The notes under the pieces were generated by a model, which searched no databases, had not been told where the DNA came from, and saw only the letters and a program-made list of their open reading frames with translations. Shown here in pieces: positions 1 through 13,930 of a stretch of 64,000 nucleotides of DNA; position 1 is the stretch's first letter; each line of letters opens with the position of its first letter. The position numbers and the translations under genes are program-made. This stretch comes from Octopus vulgaris (taxonomy: Eukaryota), in NCBI GenBank assembly GCA_951406725.2, contig OX597819.1, forward strand, positions 117,490,001 through 117,554,000. The letters run 5' to 3'.

Positions 1-239
1 GTGAAGCTTTATGACCTGCTGTTTGTTTGCGTTATGACCTGCTGTTGTTTTCAGTAGGTGGATGCACCACCAGGTTTTTCTGGTATGTTATGACCTTCCG
101 GGACACAGTGGGTGCATGTGCCACTGTGATTTCCTTTTTGGGCGTCTGGTGCGTTATGACCCACTGTTTTTTTTTCAAGGTAGGTGGATGCACTGCCAGG
201 TTTTACATTTATGTACATTACCTTGGCGTGATGAAATAA

Positions 240-1750
240 CTTACGTCCGTTTGGGAAGCTATGCTGGATAGGTTCAACCATGCCAGATATATTATTGAGG
301 GATATATGTTCCAAGAGTTGAGTATTATTATGACTCAGACATATGTTGGGACATCTTAGAAAATTGATATTACAAAGACCCAATAACGAAAACTCTACGG
401 TATGAATAACAATCTACAAACTTGGGAGTGGTGTCGGGACTTGAGGTAATACATAATATCCAAATACATATCTAAAACGAAACAGGATTTGCATTACTTG
501 AATGCATTTATCGCTAGGTTCCTCACTCCAAGTTCATCTTGAATAAAGCAACACCAGTGCCGGCATGCTAAACCTTTAAATACCATAATCTATATGTTGA
601 AGGACATCAAGGTGTAATTCAATATATGTTATTGCAAATATGCTTCAATAACTAGATATCATTTTGATCACCTTGACCGACCAGTCCGTCGGGCGTCCAT
701 TTGACACCGCCGGTCACAGGACGCTGTCCATTCCTCTCTGAATCGCGCCTTTATCATCCACGTAATCCCAATCGTCCTCCTGAAATCGTAACTCCACCGT
801 CGTGGAGGCCTTCAGGGTGGTCGTTTCCGCTCGCGCGGGTACTATTCCACGACTGCACAGGTCCACCGATTATCGGTGGGCAAGGCGACGTGTCCAGCCA
901 ATCTAAACTTGCTGCGTGTACACTCTGCGATGACATCCCTCACGCCGGACTTCTTTCTGATGATCTCACTGCTGATATGCTCTCACAACGAGATACCAAG
1001 CATTGACCTTTCCATGGCCCTTTGAGCCGTTACCAGTCTCTGCTCTTCTCTCTTTGTTGTATCCCATGTTTCACTACCATATAACATTGCAGTACAGTTC
1101 TACCAATAACTAGATATGTTCACATAAATTAGTTTCCCAATAGTTTACTTTCAAAAACTGTACCGGTAACAATTTCTCATGATTATTATTATACATTTAA
1201 TCAATTTTTACTTCGATAGAATATTACTGGAACTGAGCAAAGTAGATTACATAAAACACTGTATCTTAAACGTTAACTATCCTATTATTGCATGCATTTC
1301 CCAGTGTATCCATTGAAAACCATTTGCAAATCGTAGATTTAATGTATCCTAGAGCAAGTATTTTAAAATTTCCCTTTTACATGTTCCTTGTTCCAGCAAA
1401 GGTGAATTTAGTGTAACCTACTGCACTGCAGGATGATATCCATTATAGTTTAAATCTTTAAGTTGTGAATTTCATTTAGCAGATTAAATTTCTATATCTC
1501 TCGAATACACAATGGAGCTATTAATAATGCATTCAGACTTGGTTACACCAATTCACACTTCCATATTTTCACATCTAGCCATTGATGTAAAGTGTATCGC
1601 ATACGTTTTGTATGCTGATGCAGAAAGGTGTTGTGATATACCACGTTATAAGTAATAAGAATGCATACATGGATCATCTATATGTAAGAAGATATCTAAT
1701 ATCATCAAACCAATTCTTCACACAGTCTACTGGAAATATCATAGTAAAAT
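240..1750 (-). pseudogene. Decayed LRR/Toll-like receptor ectodomain remnant, interrupted by an RTE insertion
   Basis: Minus-strand translations give LRR-like pieces (ICLSHNNTQLLEHISLNN, MVFKGL, NLAINAFK, NNRIVNV) with many stops and frameshifts. Confidence 0.4.
660..1103 (-). mobile_element. 5'-truncated RTE-clade LINE (3' end of ORF plus tail)
   Basis: Minus translation, across frameshifts, MLYGSETWDTTKREEQRLVTAQRAMERSMLGISL..AGHVA..DNRWT..RPPRRW, typical of the RTE C-terminus; 14-bp target-site duplication CAATAACTAGATAT at 646-659 and 1104-1117. Confidence 0.9.
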
Positions 1751-1857
1751 AAATATCTAACAAGTTAAAAGAAATAACATAGTTAAAAGAAATAGAATAA
1801 TTATGTTGCCGACATCTATGCTATTAATCATAAAACGAGAGATGAAAAATTCGCGTG

Positions 1858-1889
<32 letters not shown>

Positions 1890-1894
<5 letters not shown>

Positions 1895-2160
1895 AGAAAA
1901 ATGGTAAGACAACAAAAGAAAGAAAGAGAACTCGATATTATGTAAATAAAGGAATTTATCTGTGAATGTAATAAGTGATAATTATCCGGTAGCCATGATA
2001 AAACTCCGAGTTTCGGATGCCGAGATAGAAAACCACATAGCATGTTTCCGATGTCCGGATACCTGAAGAGATGGCGGCGTGGTTTTCCCCCTAGACATCC
2101 GAAACTCGGAGTTTTGATCATGGCTACCGAATAATTGTCACATATTACATTTACAGATAC
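1890..2160. mobile_element. Penelope-like terminal fragment in inverted arrangement
   Basis: Follows a (TA)n tract; ~62-bp inverted arms at 1957-2019 and 2096-2159; CTGAAGA...GAAAC core on the plus strand at ~2063-2105. Confidence 0.6.
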
Positions 2161-2481
2161 TGTGATGCTCTTGATAAAACATGTACTTAGTGATTTTGGA
2201 TAAAAAGAAAACTATACAAATGAATACTTTGAATTTTAACTAAATTTTATATTTTTATGCAGCTGAAGATTGCTCTACACATATATATATATATATTTAA
2301 TGCAGTACGATCGTTTCTTGCGATTCCATTTAATTGAACAATGCAAATATATCAATTTAAAATGTAGAGTAATCTTCAGCTGCATAAAAATATAAAATTT
2401 AGCTAAATTCGAAGGATTCATTTGTATAGTTTTCTGTTTATCCAAAATCACAAAGTACATGTTTTATCAAGAACATCACAG
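2160..2481. mobile_element. Penelope-like terminal fragment with ~120-bp inverted arms
   Basis: 2160-2279 is the diverged reverse complement of 2364-2481; carries a hammerhead on the minus strand. Confidence 0.65.
2300..2385 (-). ncRNA. Type I hammerhead ribozyme with extended stem II
   Basis: Minus strand: ATGCAG-CTGAAGA-TTAC...GCAA-GAAA-CGATC-GTA-CTGCAT. Stem I ATGCAG/CTGCAT, intact core, palindromic stem III ACGATCGT, GUA cleavage triplet. Confidence 0.75.
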
Positions 2482-2562
2482 TTACAACTATACCTAACCT
2501 CTGGATATCCTCGTTGCTTATTTTGATATATATATAGAGAATTATTATTGCTATATATATAT

Positions 2563-2977
2563 TCTTTTACTCTTTTACTCTTTTACTTGTTTCAGTCATT
2601 TGACTGCGGCCATGCTGGAGCACCGCCTTTAATCGAGCAACCCGACCCCGGGACTTATTCTTTGTAAGCCCAGTACTTATTCTATCGGTCTCTTTTGCCG
2701 AACCGCTAAGTAACGGGGACATAAACACACCAGCATCGGTTGTCATGCAATGCTAGGGGGACAAACACAGACACACAAACACATACACACACATACATAT
2801 ATATATATATATACGACAGGCTTCTTTTCAGTTTCCGTCTACCAAATCCACTCACAAGGCTTTGGTCGGCCCGGGGCTATAGCAGAAGACACTTGCCCAA
2901 GATGCCACGCAGTGGGACTGAACCCGGAACCATGTGGTTGGTAAGGAAGCTACTTACCACACAGCCACTCCTGCGCC
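2563..2977 (-). mobile_element. tRNA-derived SINE, family A (full length)
   Basis: Reverse complement of the copy at 10523-10930: A/B-box head, internal (TA)/(TG) tract and GTAAAAGA tail repeats. Confidence 0.9.
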
Positions 2978-2984
2978 TATTATA

Positions 2985-3014
<30 letters not shown>

Positions 3015-3015
<1 letters not shown>

Positions 3016-3190
3016 AAGTTAATCAAAACAAGAAAGCACCAAAGAACACAACAACGCGAGGACGTGGAACAAACATAGTATTATTGGACGCTCAGGAAAG
3101 AAGGAGAGTTTAACGTTTCTAGGGAAGCTCTTCGTCGGAAATATAGGAGAAGGAAAGATCCAGAGAAGGGAAGACAGAGGAAAAAAACAT
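3015..3190 (-). mobile_element. Penelope-like terminal fragment with degenerate hammerhead
   Basis: Flanked by (TA)n; minus strand TTT-CCGACGA-AGAGC..GAAACGTT-AAA. Confidence 0.5.
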
Positions 3191-3199
3191 TTATATATA

Positions 3200-3594
3200 T
3201 CTATATATATATAAATCTGTAGTTGTGTGAGTGTCTGTCCCCTTCGATTTAGATTCCTAACTACTCCCACATTTTGCGATGCAGTTTAACCAAAACCAGG
3301 TGTCTTATAGTCGTCATTCATATCGAGCCCTTCTGTGTATTAGCGCACGTCTACGATGAGTCTACGATTTTAAAAATAATTTACCATCATTTTTTTCCAT
3401 TTTCATGCAAATCTTTTTGAAGGGAAGTAACTCTCTAAAAAATGTTTACGATGAGTCAACGATTTAAAAAAAAATTACCATCATATTCTTTCCATTTTTA
3501 ATGCATTTTTTTGCTATTTTTAGGCTATAACTCTCTAAAAATGTTGTATAGTTATTTCCCTTACAAACCCGAGCAACGCCGGGCGATACTGCTA

Positions 3595-3595
<1 letters not shown>
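3200..3595 (+). mobile_element. Non-autonomous Helitron
   Basis: 5' TC after A, subterminal hairpin CCCGAGCAACGCCGGG, 3' CTAG followed by T; internal ~95-bp duplication. Confidence 0.75.
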
Positions 3596-3659
<64 letters not shown>

Positions 3660-4539
3660 TATATATATATTCAATGATAAACACATAAAAAACAACCATA
3701 CATATACCATGATTCTAAGATGGAATTAGAATAAACGTCAGTACTGAAAGTGGAATAGCTACGTGAAATAAGTTATCATGAATGATATCTACGATTCTAT
3801 GTTTAGACAATATGCATTCGAAATTGTAGTTTCTTAAAAAAAAAAAAAGTAAATAGATTATTTTCAAAAGGTAAAATAACCAAAATTATGATCTATACAT
3901 ATGGTAAGACTTGGGTAATTATGCTAACCGATAATTTACACAAAGTTTCTGTAAAGTAATATAGAAAGGACTGCTGGTGTCTCTATAACTTCAACGGAAA
4001 GGAAAAAAAATAGGAGGACCTATTTAAAGAAGGATAACTTGCATTTTTATAGGATTCATAGTTTAGCTTTCCTTTAATATACTTTGACGTTAGCCTACAA
4101 TAATTCCCACACGTCTCCGTTGGTGTTGTTTCTTTTCTATGTATATTACACCTTCTCCCTTAAACTTTTCTTTATCAACACAGCACTATCACCAGCATCG
4201 CCATAATTTTCAGTAACAAAGCACATTTCAGTTCAACTCTTTCTTTGTACGCTGACAGTACAAGCTTCATCCTCCTCTCTATCTCAATGTAATTCATTTC
4301 TCATGTCCATCTCTCTCCATCAATCTTTCTTTAACCTCACCAGCAGAACGCCACTCAACAGTAAATATAGTATCTTAAACATATTTCTTTCTTTTCCCCT
4401 TTCACTTTCTTTCCATCTTTTTTTTCACCGTATGTCCTTAACACTTCTCTCTCTTTTTTTTCTCGCTGTTTCTTCACTCGTTCTTCGCCTATTCCTTCAG
4501 CTGACTATATGACACATTTGGCTTATGAATATAAATATT

Positions 4540-4935
4540 CTTTTCCATTCTAAGCACAAGGTGTGAAATGTTTGGTGAGAGGGATCAGTCGATTAGATCG
4601 ACCCCTGTACGCAAATTGTACTTAATTTATCGTTCCCGATAAGATGAAAGGCAAAGTCGACCTTTGCGGAATTTGAACTCAGAAGTAAAGACAGACGAAA
4701 TACCTATTTCTTTATTACCCCCAAGGAGCTAAACATAAAGGAAACAAACAAGGACAGACATAGGTATTAAGTCGATTACATCGACCCCAGTGCGTAACTG
4801 GTACTTAATTTATCGACCCCGAAAGAATGAAAGCAAAGTCGACCTCGGCAGAATTTGAACTCACAACGTAACGGCAGACGAAATACCGGAAAGCGTTTCG
4901 CCCAGCGTGCTAACGTTTCTGGCAGCTAGGCGCCT
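4540..4935 (-). mobile_element. Meta-domain SINE (family B), dimer
   Basis: Two copies of the reverse complement of GTCGACTTTGCCTTTCATCCTTTCGGGGTCGATAAATTAAGTACCAG with B-box GAGTTCAAATTC. Confidence 0.85.
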
Positions 4936-5634
4936 TATTTTATTAATATTAATCACATTTCTGTAATTCTTTCTCTCGTCTTTCTTCAATCCACCCTCTC
5001 TCTCTCAAACTTGCTCCACCTCAAACTCACTCACCCCCACCACTCTAGCTAAAGTATAACGAGTGAATGAATGAGCAGATTATTATGTAGATATTCATTG
5101 ATAAATACACAAACGTCCGATTCATCTAATTTTAATTAACAATTTCTCGTTACAAGTAGGATGTTAGTTGCACTGTAAAAAAAAAAGCAAAAAGGAAGAT
5201 CGCTCAGATTTGGATAATCATTAAAATAGTTGCGACACGTTGTGGTAAAGGAAAAAATTGATACATTTCTACAGGGTGTATTTGTAAAAGTGAACAAGGC
5301 TCGTCTTTAAAATCCTTCTTCTTCCTGCTTTACATAAAGTACACAGAGTGAACAGTTCTAAACGGTCGCCCACAAATATAGGACTCACATTTCAACCAAT
5401 CATCATATAACAAACAGTGTTATCTGTATGAACGTACATGATTTTCTCTTTCCTGTCCTAAACAAATATATCGGTAAGTAATGATGGCACTCACAAAAGA
5501 CTTAATACAAATCTTCCACCGCTATACTTATTCATGATATGTCTTTAAATACTCAAACCCGAAGTTCTATATGTATTAGAAAAAACAATTTTTGTCACTG
5601 TATAAGTTCTAACAGCAATATATGTGTACATGTA

Positions 5635-5688
<54 letters not shown>

Positions 5689-5693
<5 letters not shown>

Positions 5694-5994
5694 AGGTTTG
5701 GAGATGATGTACAGGTATTATATATTAGAAGAAATGAGGTAATCAGAAGATCGGATGGTTCATATTTATAGATATTTATTTATATATTACATTTTTTACA
5801 TATATATATCATATCATTCAGATTATTAGGCTTTCTCCCATTCTAGTGGGGTTTTCAAATCAAATTTGAAAACCCCACTAGAATGGGAGAAAGCGATAAT
5901 AATCTGAATGATATGATATATATATGTAAAAAATGTAATATATAAATAAATATCTATAAATATGAACCATCCGATCTTCTGATTACCTCATTTC

Positions 5995-6003
<9 letters not shown>
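5689..6003. repeat. Near-perfect ~140-bp-arm palindrome between (TA)n tracts (probable Penelope-like inverted terminus)
   Basis: 5719-5860 is the reverse complement of 5864-6005, with a 3-nt loop (CAA) and one small mismatch/indel. Confidence 0.9.
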
Positions 6004-6046
<43 letters not shown>

Positions 6047-6282
6047 TATGTATGTATGTTTGTATGTGTGTTTGCATGGATGTATATGTGTTTCTTGACA
6101 CATCACAGGGTTGATAAGTCCACTGATAATACATGTCGTACTTTATTTCCCTGTATCTTTCTTTTCGTGCCTCTTTCCTTCATTCTTGTTATCTCTGTCG
6201 TAGCCATCTTCTTTGTCTAGAAAAACGTCTGCCAAGTTATCGACTTCACCAAATACATATGATAAAATCTCAAAAAGTATAT

Positions 6283-6445
6283 ATATATATAATTATAAAT
6301 ATGATTATGGGTTTAGCAGCAATTTGCTTCACCACATACCGAAAATTTAGAAATAGCAGCCAAAAAGAGAGCTAATTCTTTTCGGTATGTGATGAAGCAA
6401 CTTGTTGCTAAACCCTTAATTATATTTATAATTATATATATATAT
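6283..6445. repeat. Fold-back element with ~62-bp arms, same family as 31330-31876
   Basis: Arms 6283-6345 and 6379-6445; shares GGGTTTAGCA..CACC..ACCGAA..TTTAGAAATAGCAG with the 31.4-kb element. Confidence 0.8.
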
Positions 6446-6552
6446 ATAAAAAACATTTTGTACATGTTTTTACCGATAATGTTTTGTTTTTTTTTCCATA
6501 CCGAAATTACTTCGTAAAATTTATTAACTATTAAATCAATAACTCTTTACCC

Positions 6553-6625
<73 letters not shown>

Positions 6626-6661
6626 ATCTACCTATCTCTCTATCTATCTCTTTATATATTT

Positions 6662-6724
<63 letters not shown>

Positions 6725-6728
<4 letters not shown>

Positions 6729-7973
6729 GTTGGCAACTAAGTTGCCGCCGTTTTTTATTTTAAATTTGTAATTTATTTCGTTTTTAAATTTTTAAATCTA
6801 TTTTTTTCGAGAATTCTTTTTATGAATCATTTTGGAATCTATTTCGTTATTTTTTTTTAGTAAATTCTTGTTTATTTTCAGATCAGTATAATGGAATGTC
6901 AAGTTAAGAAAATGAGCATTTTCAACACCTCCGTCATTTTTATTTTAATCAAGATTCTAAGGCCGCAAAAGCTGCTCACGACATTTCTGCTGTGTATAGA
7001 GAGGGTATCATAGATGAATGAACCCTTCGTGATTGGTATGCCAAGTTCCAAAATGGAAATTTTGAACTGAAATACGCAACTCGTTTTGACCTTCCAGTTG
7101 AGTTCGATGAAGAGCAATTAATCCAACTTTTGCACGAAGAATTCTCGTCAAGCGACAAAGGAAATGGCAGAGAAAATGGAATGCTCCCTCACTGCTATAG
7201 AGAAGCATCTTCACTCGGTGGGAAAAGTTCAGAAGTATGGAGCATATGTCCCGCATGCTTTAAGTGACAACAACAAAAATCAACGAGCCACAACCTCCGC
7301 TGGTTTGCTTGCATGTCACCGCTCAACTCATGTACACAAGCAACGATTTATTTGCCGAATCGTTACTGGCGACGAAATATGGTGACTGTACATCAATATG
7401 AAGCAGCGTAAGGAATGGCTTAACCCGATAAATAAGCGACACTGCACATGAAGCAAGATATTCATTCGCGTAAAACGATGTTGTGCATTTGGTGGTACTG
7501 GGAAGGGATTATCCTATACGAATTGCCTGAACGGGACGAAACGTTCAACGCGGAACTCTATTTTCAACAGATGGAACGACTCAAAACCGCTATTGAAAAG
7601 AAAAGACCTAATTGGCTGCATGGAGTTGTTCTGCTGCACGACAAGGCCTGCCTTCATATCGTCAATATGACCAAGGAAGCCATTCAAACGCGTGGCTGGG
7701 AAGTGCTACCACACCCTCCGTACGTTCCTGATTTGGAACCAACGGATTTCCAACTGTTTCGATCTCTTTGAAATGCTATGCGAGGAGTTTCGTTCAATAC
7801 TGATGCAGAATTGAGAGCTTGGTTGGATCAATTTTTCGAGTAGAAATCGAATTATTTCTACCAATGAGTTATTGAAAATCCTTTACAACGTTGGGAAGGA
7901 TTTATAAAATAAGCTGTTATTTTTTGTTAAACCTTTTAAAAAATTTAAATTTAAAAAAAACTTAGTTGCCGAC

Positions 7974-7977
<4 letters not shown>
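6725..7977 (+). mobile_element. Full-length defective mariner transposon (mellifera-like)
   Basis: TIRs TTGGGTTGGCAACTAAGT / ACTTAGTTGCCGACCTGA within TA; transposase from ATG 6891 with IVTGDEIW, LLHDKA and HPPYVPDLEPTDF motifs; stops and frameshifts. Confidence 0.95.
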
Positions 7978-8335
<358 letters not shown>

Positions 8336-9245
8336 TATACATATTTATATTCACGCATATATATAGTTATATAAATCAAGATATGTATATGAGTTTGCGT
8401 GTGTGTCTGTTTATGTGTGTGTTTGCGTGTGTTACCTTTTATATATAGAGACATAAAAGGATTAAATCTGCTCAAAAATTCTACTCAACCCTTTGATTTT
8501 CATTCGCGTTTATGCAATACGATATTGTACAGGCTTGAACAAATTATAATAATTTGTTGATAAACACCACCAGCTTTTTCTTTATAATATTCTTCTCATT
8601 CGTCTTCGAAAAGTTTTAACCTTTTTACCCACTTACGTTCAACACTCTGAAGTCAATATATTAACAATTACACAAAGATACAAAAACCCACATACTCAAG
8701 CATAAAACACAGATGCTCACACTTAACCACGCACAGACACACACATTTAAATATTTTATAACATGTTAACTACACTGGAAATGTTGCACCGAGTGTGTTT
8801 GTATCCAATAGTAATGAATCACTGTCTATATTTCAATAAAAAATTAACTCCTCTAACTTGCCAAATTGGTTCTATTTCCTGTAACATTAATTTTCGATTA
8901 GTCGAAAGTAATTAATAATTTGATGTATTACTTTATTTCTTTCGTTTTCAGTTACATTCTGTTTCGTCAACTGTTTTCTGTGTTCGTGCTCCGAATTATC
9001 TATCTCATCAAACATCATCGGTAAAAATACTGTGATTTTCTTTCAGTCCGTCTTGTCGCCCGCTTTTGTTTCTTTCCGTCTATCTCTACCTGTCTGTCTC
9101 CCTCTCTCTCTCTCTCACTCTCGCTTTACATACAAATTCCTTTTTTCTTTTCCGTTTCCTCGTAGAATTCACAAACAAATTGACAGCAGCCATGTCCATG
9201 TTTAAGTCAAAACAACTCTTAAGTTTGAGTATTTGAGAATTAGTT

Positions 9246-9838
9246 GAGCTGGCAAAATCGTTAGCAAGCCGGGCTAAATGATTAGCGGTATTTCGTCAGC
9301 CGCTACGTTCTGAGTTCAAATTCCGCCGAGGTCGACTTTGCCTTTCATCCTTTCGGGGTCGATAAATTAAGTACCAGTTATGCACTGGGGTCGATGTAAT
9401 CGACTTAATACCTATGTCTGTCCTTGTTTGTCCCCTCTGTGTTTAGCCCCTTGTGGGTAATAAAGAAATAGGTATTTCGTCAGCTTCTACGTTCTGAGTT
9501 CAAATTATGCCGAGGTCGACTTTGCCTTTCATCCATTCGTGGTCGATTAAATAAGTACCATTTACGCACTAAGATCGATGTAATCGACCTAATCTGTTTG
9601 TCTGTTCTTGTTTGTCCCCACTGTGTTTATCCCCTTGTGGGTAGTAAAGAAATAGGTATTTCGTCTGTCTTTATGTTCTGAGTTCAAATTCTACCGAGGT
9701 CGACCTTGCCTTTCATCCTTTCGGGGTCAATTAAATAAGTACCAGTGATGCACTTGGGTCGATGTAATCGACTTAATTCGTCTGTATGTCCTTGTTTGTC
9801 CTCTCTACGTTTAGACCCTCGTGGGTAGTAAAGAAATT
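9246..9838 (+). mobile_element. Meta-domain SINE (family B), trimer
   Basis: One head plus three ~183-bp units joined at AAATAG|GTATTTCGTC. Confidence 0.9.
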
Positions 9839-10522
9839 GATATATATATATCTACAGAGATGTGTAAGTGCTGATAAAATTGCAGGCCTGTAACGAGTGA
9901 GCCGGTGTATTCCGTTCAGTAATATATCCGCTTCATTAATCTTTGCGCTTTTGTGTATGAGCATCTGTATTTATGCATTCATGTTACTGCGTGCATAATT
10001 TGACAACAATCCAAATAGAAATGATTTACAGATCTTCATTTTCCCCGCTAACAAAATGCATTTGGAGAATGTACAAAATATTGCGTTGTTCTTTCTCTGA
10101 AGCCCTTAACATCTCCAGGCGTCTTCACAATTTATTTGTTAGATCGGGTATCCATAATGGAAACATATAGCGTAACCTTTAATAGAAATATCTAGTTGCA
10201 GTCTTATCTCATCGTTAATTCTCTATTCATCTGTTATTCCCGGAGGAAGCAATAACACATTTACATTTGCCATGTACCTGATCTCAAAAACAGTGTTAAG
10301 TTTTTGCTCGATCTTGCATTTCACAAAATCTGCGCTATTCTACTTAAACATTGCGGCTCCTGTGATTTGAATGTTATACTAGTATTTTTTTTATATTTAG
10401 ATATGTAACTGTTGTTTCATCTATATGACGATAACTGCAGAGTATAAACTCGCTACAATTCAGATGCTTATGGAGCTTTACACATTTCAATTAAATTGTA
10501 TATATATATATATATATATATA

Positions 10523-10930
10523 GGCGCAGGAGTGGCTGTGTGGTAAGTAGCCTGCTTACCAACCACATGGTTCCGGGTTCAGTCCCACTGCGTGGCACCT
10601 TGCGCAAGTGTCTTCTAAAATAGCCTCGGGCTGACCAAAGCCTTGTGAGTGGATTTGGTAGACGGAAACTGAAATAATCCCGTCGTATATATGTATATAT
10701 ATATAGGTGTGCGTGTATGTTTGTGTGTCTGTGTATGTCCCCCTAGCATTGCTTGAGAACCGATGCTGGTGTGTTTATGTCCCCGTCACTTAGCGGTTCG
10801 GCGAAAGAGACCGATATAATAAGTACTGGGCTTACAAAGAATAAGTCCCGGGGTCGAGTTGCTCGACTAAAGGCGGTGCTCCAACATGGCCGCAGTCAAA
10901 TGACTGAAACAAGTAAAAGAGTAAAAGAGT
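10523..10930 (+). mobile_element. tRNA-derived SINE, family A (full length)
   Basis: GGCGCAGGAGTGGCTGTGTGGTAAG..GGTTCAGTCCC head; GTAAAAGA tail repeats. Confidence 0.9.
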
Positions 10931-10957
10931 GTACTCTTTTCCAGTGTATCATAATCA

Positions 10958-11473
<516 letters not shown>

Positions 11474-11546
11474 ATATATATATATATATGTGTGTATATA
11501 TATATGTATATGTATATATATATGTATATATATATATATGTATATG

Positions 11547-11594
<48 letters not shown>

Positions 11595-13749
11595 TATGCG
11601 TATATTTGTGAGTAGAAGCAAATATATATGAAATTAGCATTACTTTTACTGGTCGTTCAACATTTCTCAACTAATCAGAAGACCAATTGAGAAACCTATC
11701 AGTAACGAACTTATAATGACTACGGAAGCCGCTGTAAACCACATTTACGCCAATAAAGGTAAAATATGTTATGGCCATTATTTATACCTTGTATCAAATA
11801 TATATTTGTAAGGGAACAAGGTAATTATTTAAGTCTCTAGCATTGATATGAATTTGTTACAAATGGTTTATCTTTTATGTTGGAAATATATATGGTTATC
11901 TAAGACTGAATATGGTCTTCTATTTCCTTCAAATTGACGCAATGTTTTCATTGATCGATTAAATGGAGTCGCTCGAAACGGCTGTAATGCATTAATACCT
12001 TGACATCCATATTATTTATTTACATTCTGTTCCCCAAACTTAGAGCTCTGCGGACTATACCGATATGGCTTGGTGCTTCAATTTCAACTGAATCTTAATT
12101 ATCCTCTCTCTCTCTCTCCCTCTGTCTCTGTCTCTGTCTCTCTCTCTCTATATATATATATGTGTATATATCCCTATCTATATAGCGGTTAGTAAAAGGA
12201 TTATAAAAATATGCACAGAAGGATCGGAAATCCCTTCAAGATGCGGTTTGAGTAAATACCGGTTTTCGTCAGTGATTTACAGGAAAATTTTAATTTGTTC
12301 ACAGCTATTGTTTCTGATATGCAACGCTGCAAGAAATAAAGGGCATCAATTTTACACATTTACATATCAAAACGTACATCGCTTGCAGAAGTAATTAAAG
12401 CAGGCCCTGATAAAGCTTAAATGCAATAAATCGACAACGAGACATAAGTTTTACTTCATCCAAACACATACAGGTACACTCTAGTAAATTTTCAGTGCGT
12501 GGAACTAATATATCTGATCTCTAATTTATTTGCGGTTGCTTTGCCTATATTTATTCATTATTTAGTCGTTATTTACTATAACATACTATGTCGTATTAAA
12601 TATGTTAAATTTTCCATTTATTTTCTTTGATGGAATACACAGTTTTATGTTTATTAGGCAAAACCTATGACAATGCATTTAAAACCTGGTCTTCAAATCC
12701 CAAATTTTTGAGTAGATTTCCAACATTTTCTTTATCATAAAATTCTTAAAATCTTGAAATGATCCTCCTACAATCATCAAGACATGCTTAAGGCTTTCGT
12801 TAAGTTATAATTTCTCTTCTGTTTAAGTGAGGTAATATAAATTTAGGCTTATGCATGTGACCGAGATAATCATTTCTGGAATATCTATGCTTATCTGTTG
12901 TTGCTCGGTTAGGTTGATTTCAAAACAGCAACAGTTTGTTATTCAATAAACAAATTTTCATAATTCTTTTAATACCTAACCATCAATACCAATTGTATAC
13001 TTGAGTCGGTTCAATGGACTAAGATTCTCATCAGATGCCGTCTCAGTATCTTCAATAACTGCAACCAACAAATATAATAAGTTAAAGTATTTCCGGTGAC
13101 AGAGGTAGAGAGTGTCGTGGTGGTGGTGGTGGTGGTGGTGGAATGTCAGCATACTAAAGCAAAGATATAATTTTTTAGAAAATATATATTGCCAAAAAAA
13201 CTGTATTCATACACAGAACAACATTTCATTATTTCTGTACTACATTAAAATCTATTGCTTATTAAGATAGTTATAATATATGTTATAGAAACGGCTTTTC
13301 ACATAGAAGATGAATGTCAAGTATTCCTTTGAAAACAGAAGCATAGTTCACAAATACAACATCGTCACATGTAATGAAAATATGACTTATTGAATTCAGT
13401 GCAGTTAAGGTGTACATCACTTCCGTGTTTTAATAGATGCTGTAAAGTATCTTACATACACAGAGTTGTCCAAGTTAATCACTCTCTCACCTGAGCATTT
13501 CCAATCACGTGATACACTTTAAAATATACGAAATGTAAAATCACATTTTATCTGAACTAAAATGATTGTAATTTAAACATTCAAATTTGTAATCACGTGA
13601 TGTTTTGTAACAAGAGAATTCCAAATATCAATTAATAACCAGAAATAGTACGACACATAACATCTGTATATCTGTGAGTACATCCATGCCCTTCAAATGT
13701 GAATGTCTTTCAAATATTGCTCTGTTTTCTATCTCTCTAGAATTTTCCT

Positions 13750-13805
13750 ACCTATCTATCCATCTATCTATCTATCTATCTATCTATCCATCCATCCATC
13801 CATCC

Positions 13806-13846
<41 letters not shown>

Positions 13847-13872
13847 CCTGTCTGTCTGTCTGTCTGTCTGTA

Positions 13873-13911
<39 letters not shown>

Positions 13912-13930
13912 ATATCTATTCATCTATTTG
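13750..13930. repeat. (CTAT)n/(CCAT)n/(CTGT)n tetranucleotide microsatellite
   Basis: Direct inspection. Confidence 0.95.

Noticed and set aside
1-230. Imperfect ~120-bp repeat (GCGTTATGACC..GTAGGTGGATGCAC)
   Set aside because: Cut by the window edge, with only about two diverged units; cannot be classified
701-1006. 101-aa GC-rich plus-strand ORF
   Set aside because: Antisense to the RTE LINE fragment
9246-9838. Regularly spaced repeats resembling a CRISPR array
   Set aside because: Units are ~183-bp SINE multimers with no unique spacers, there are no cas genes, and the context is eukaryotic
10523-10600. tRNA-like A/B boxes
   Set aside because: SINE heads; no complete cloverleaf, and they continue into SINE bodies
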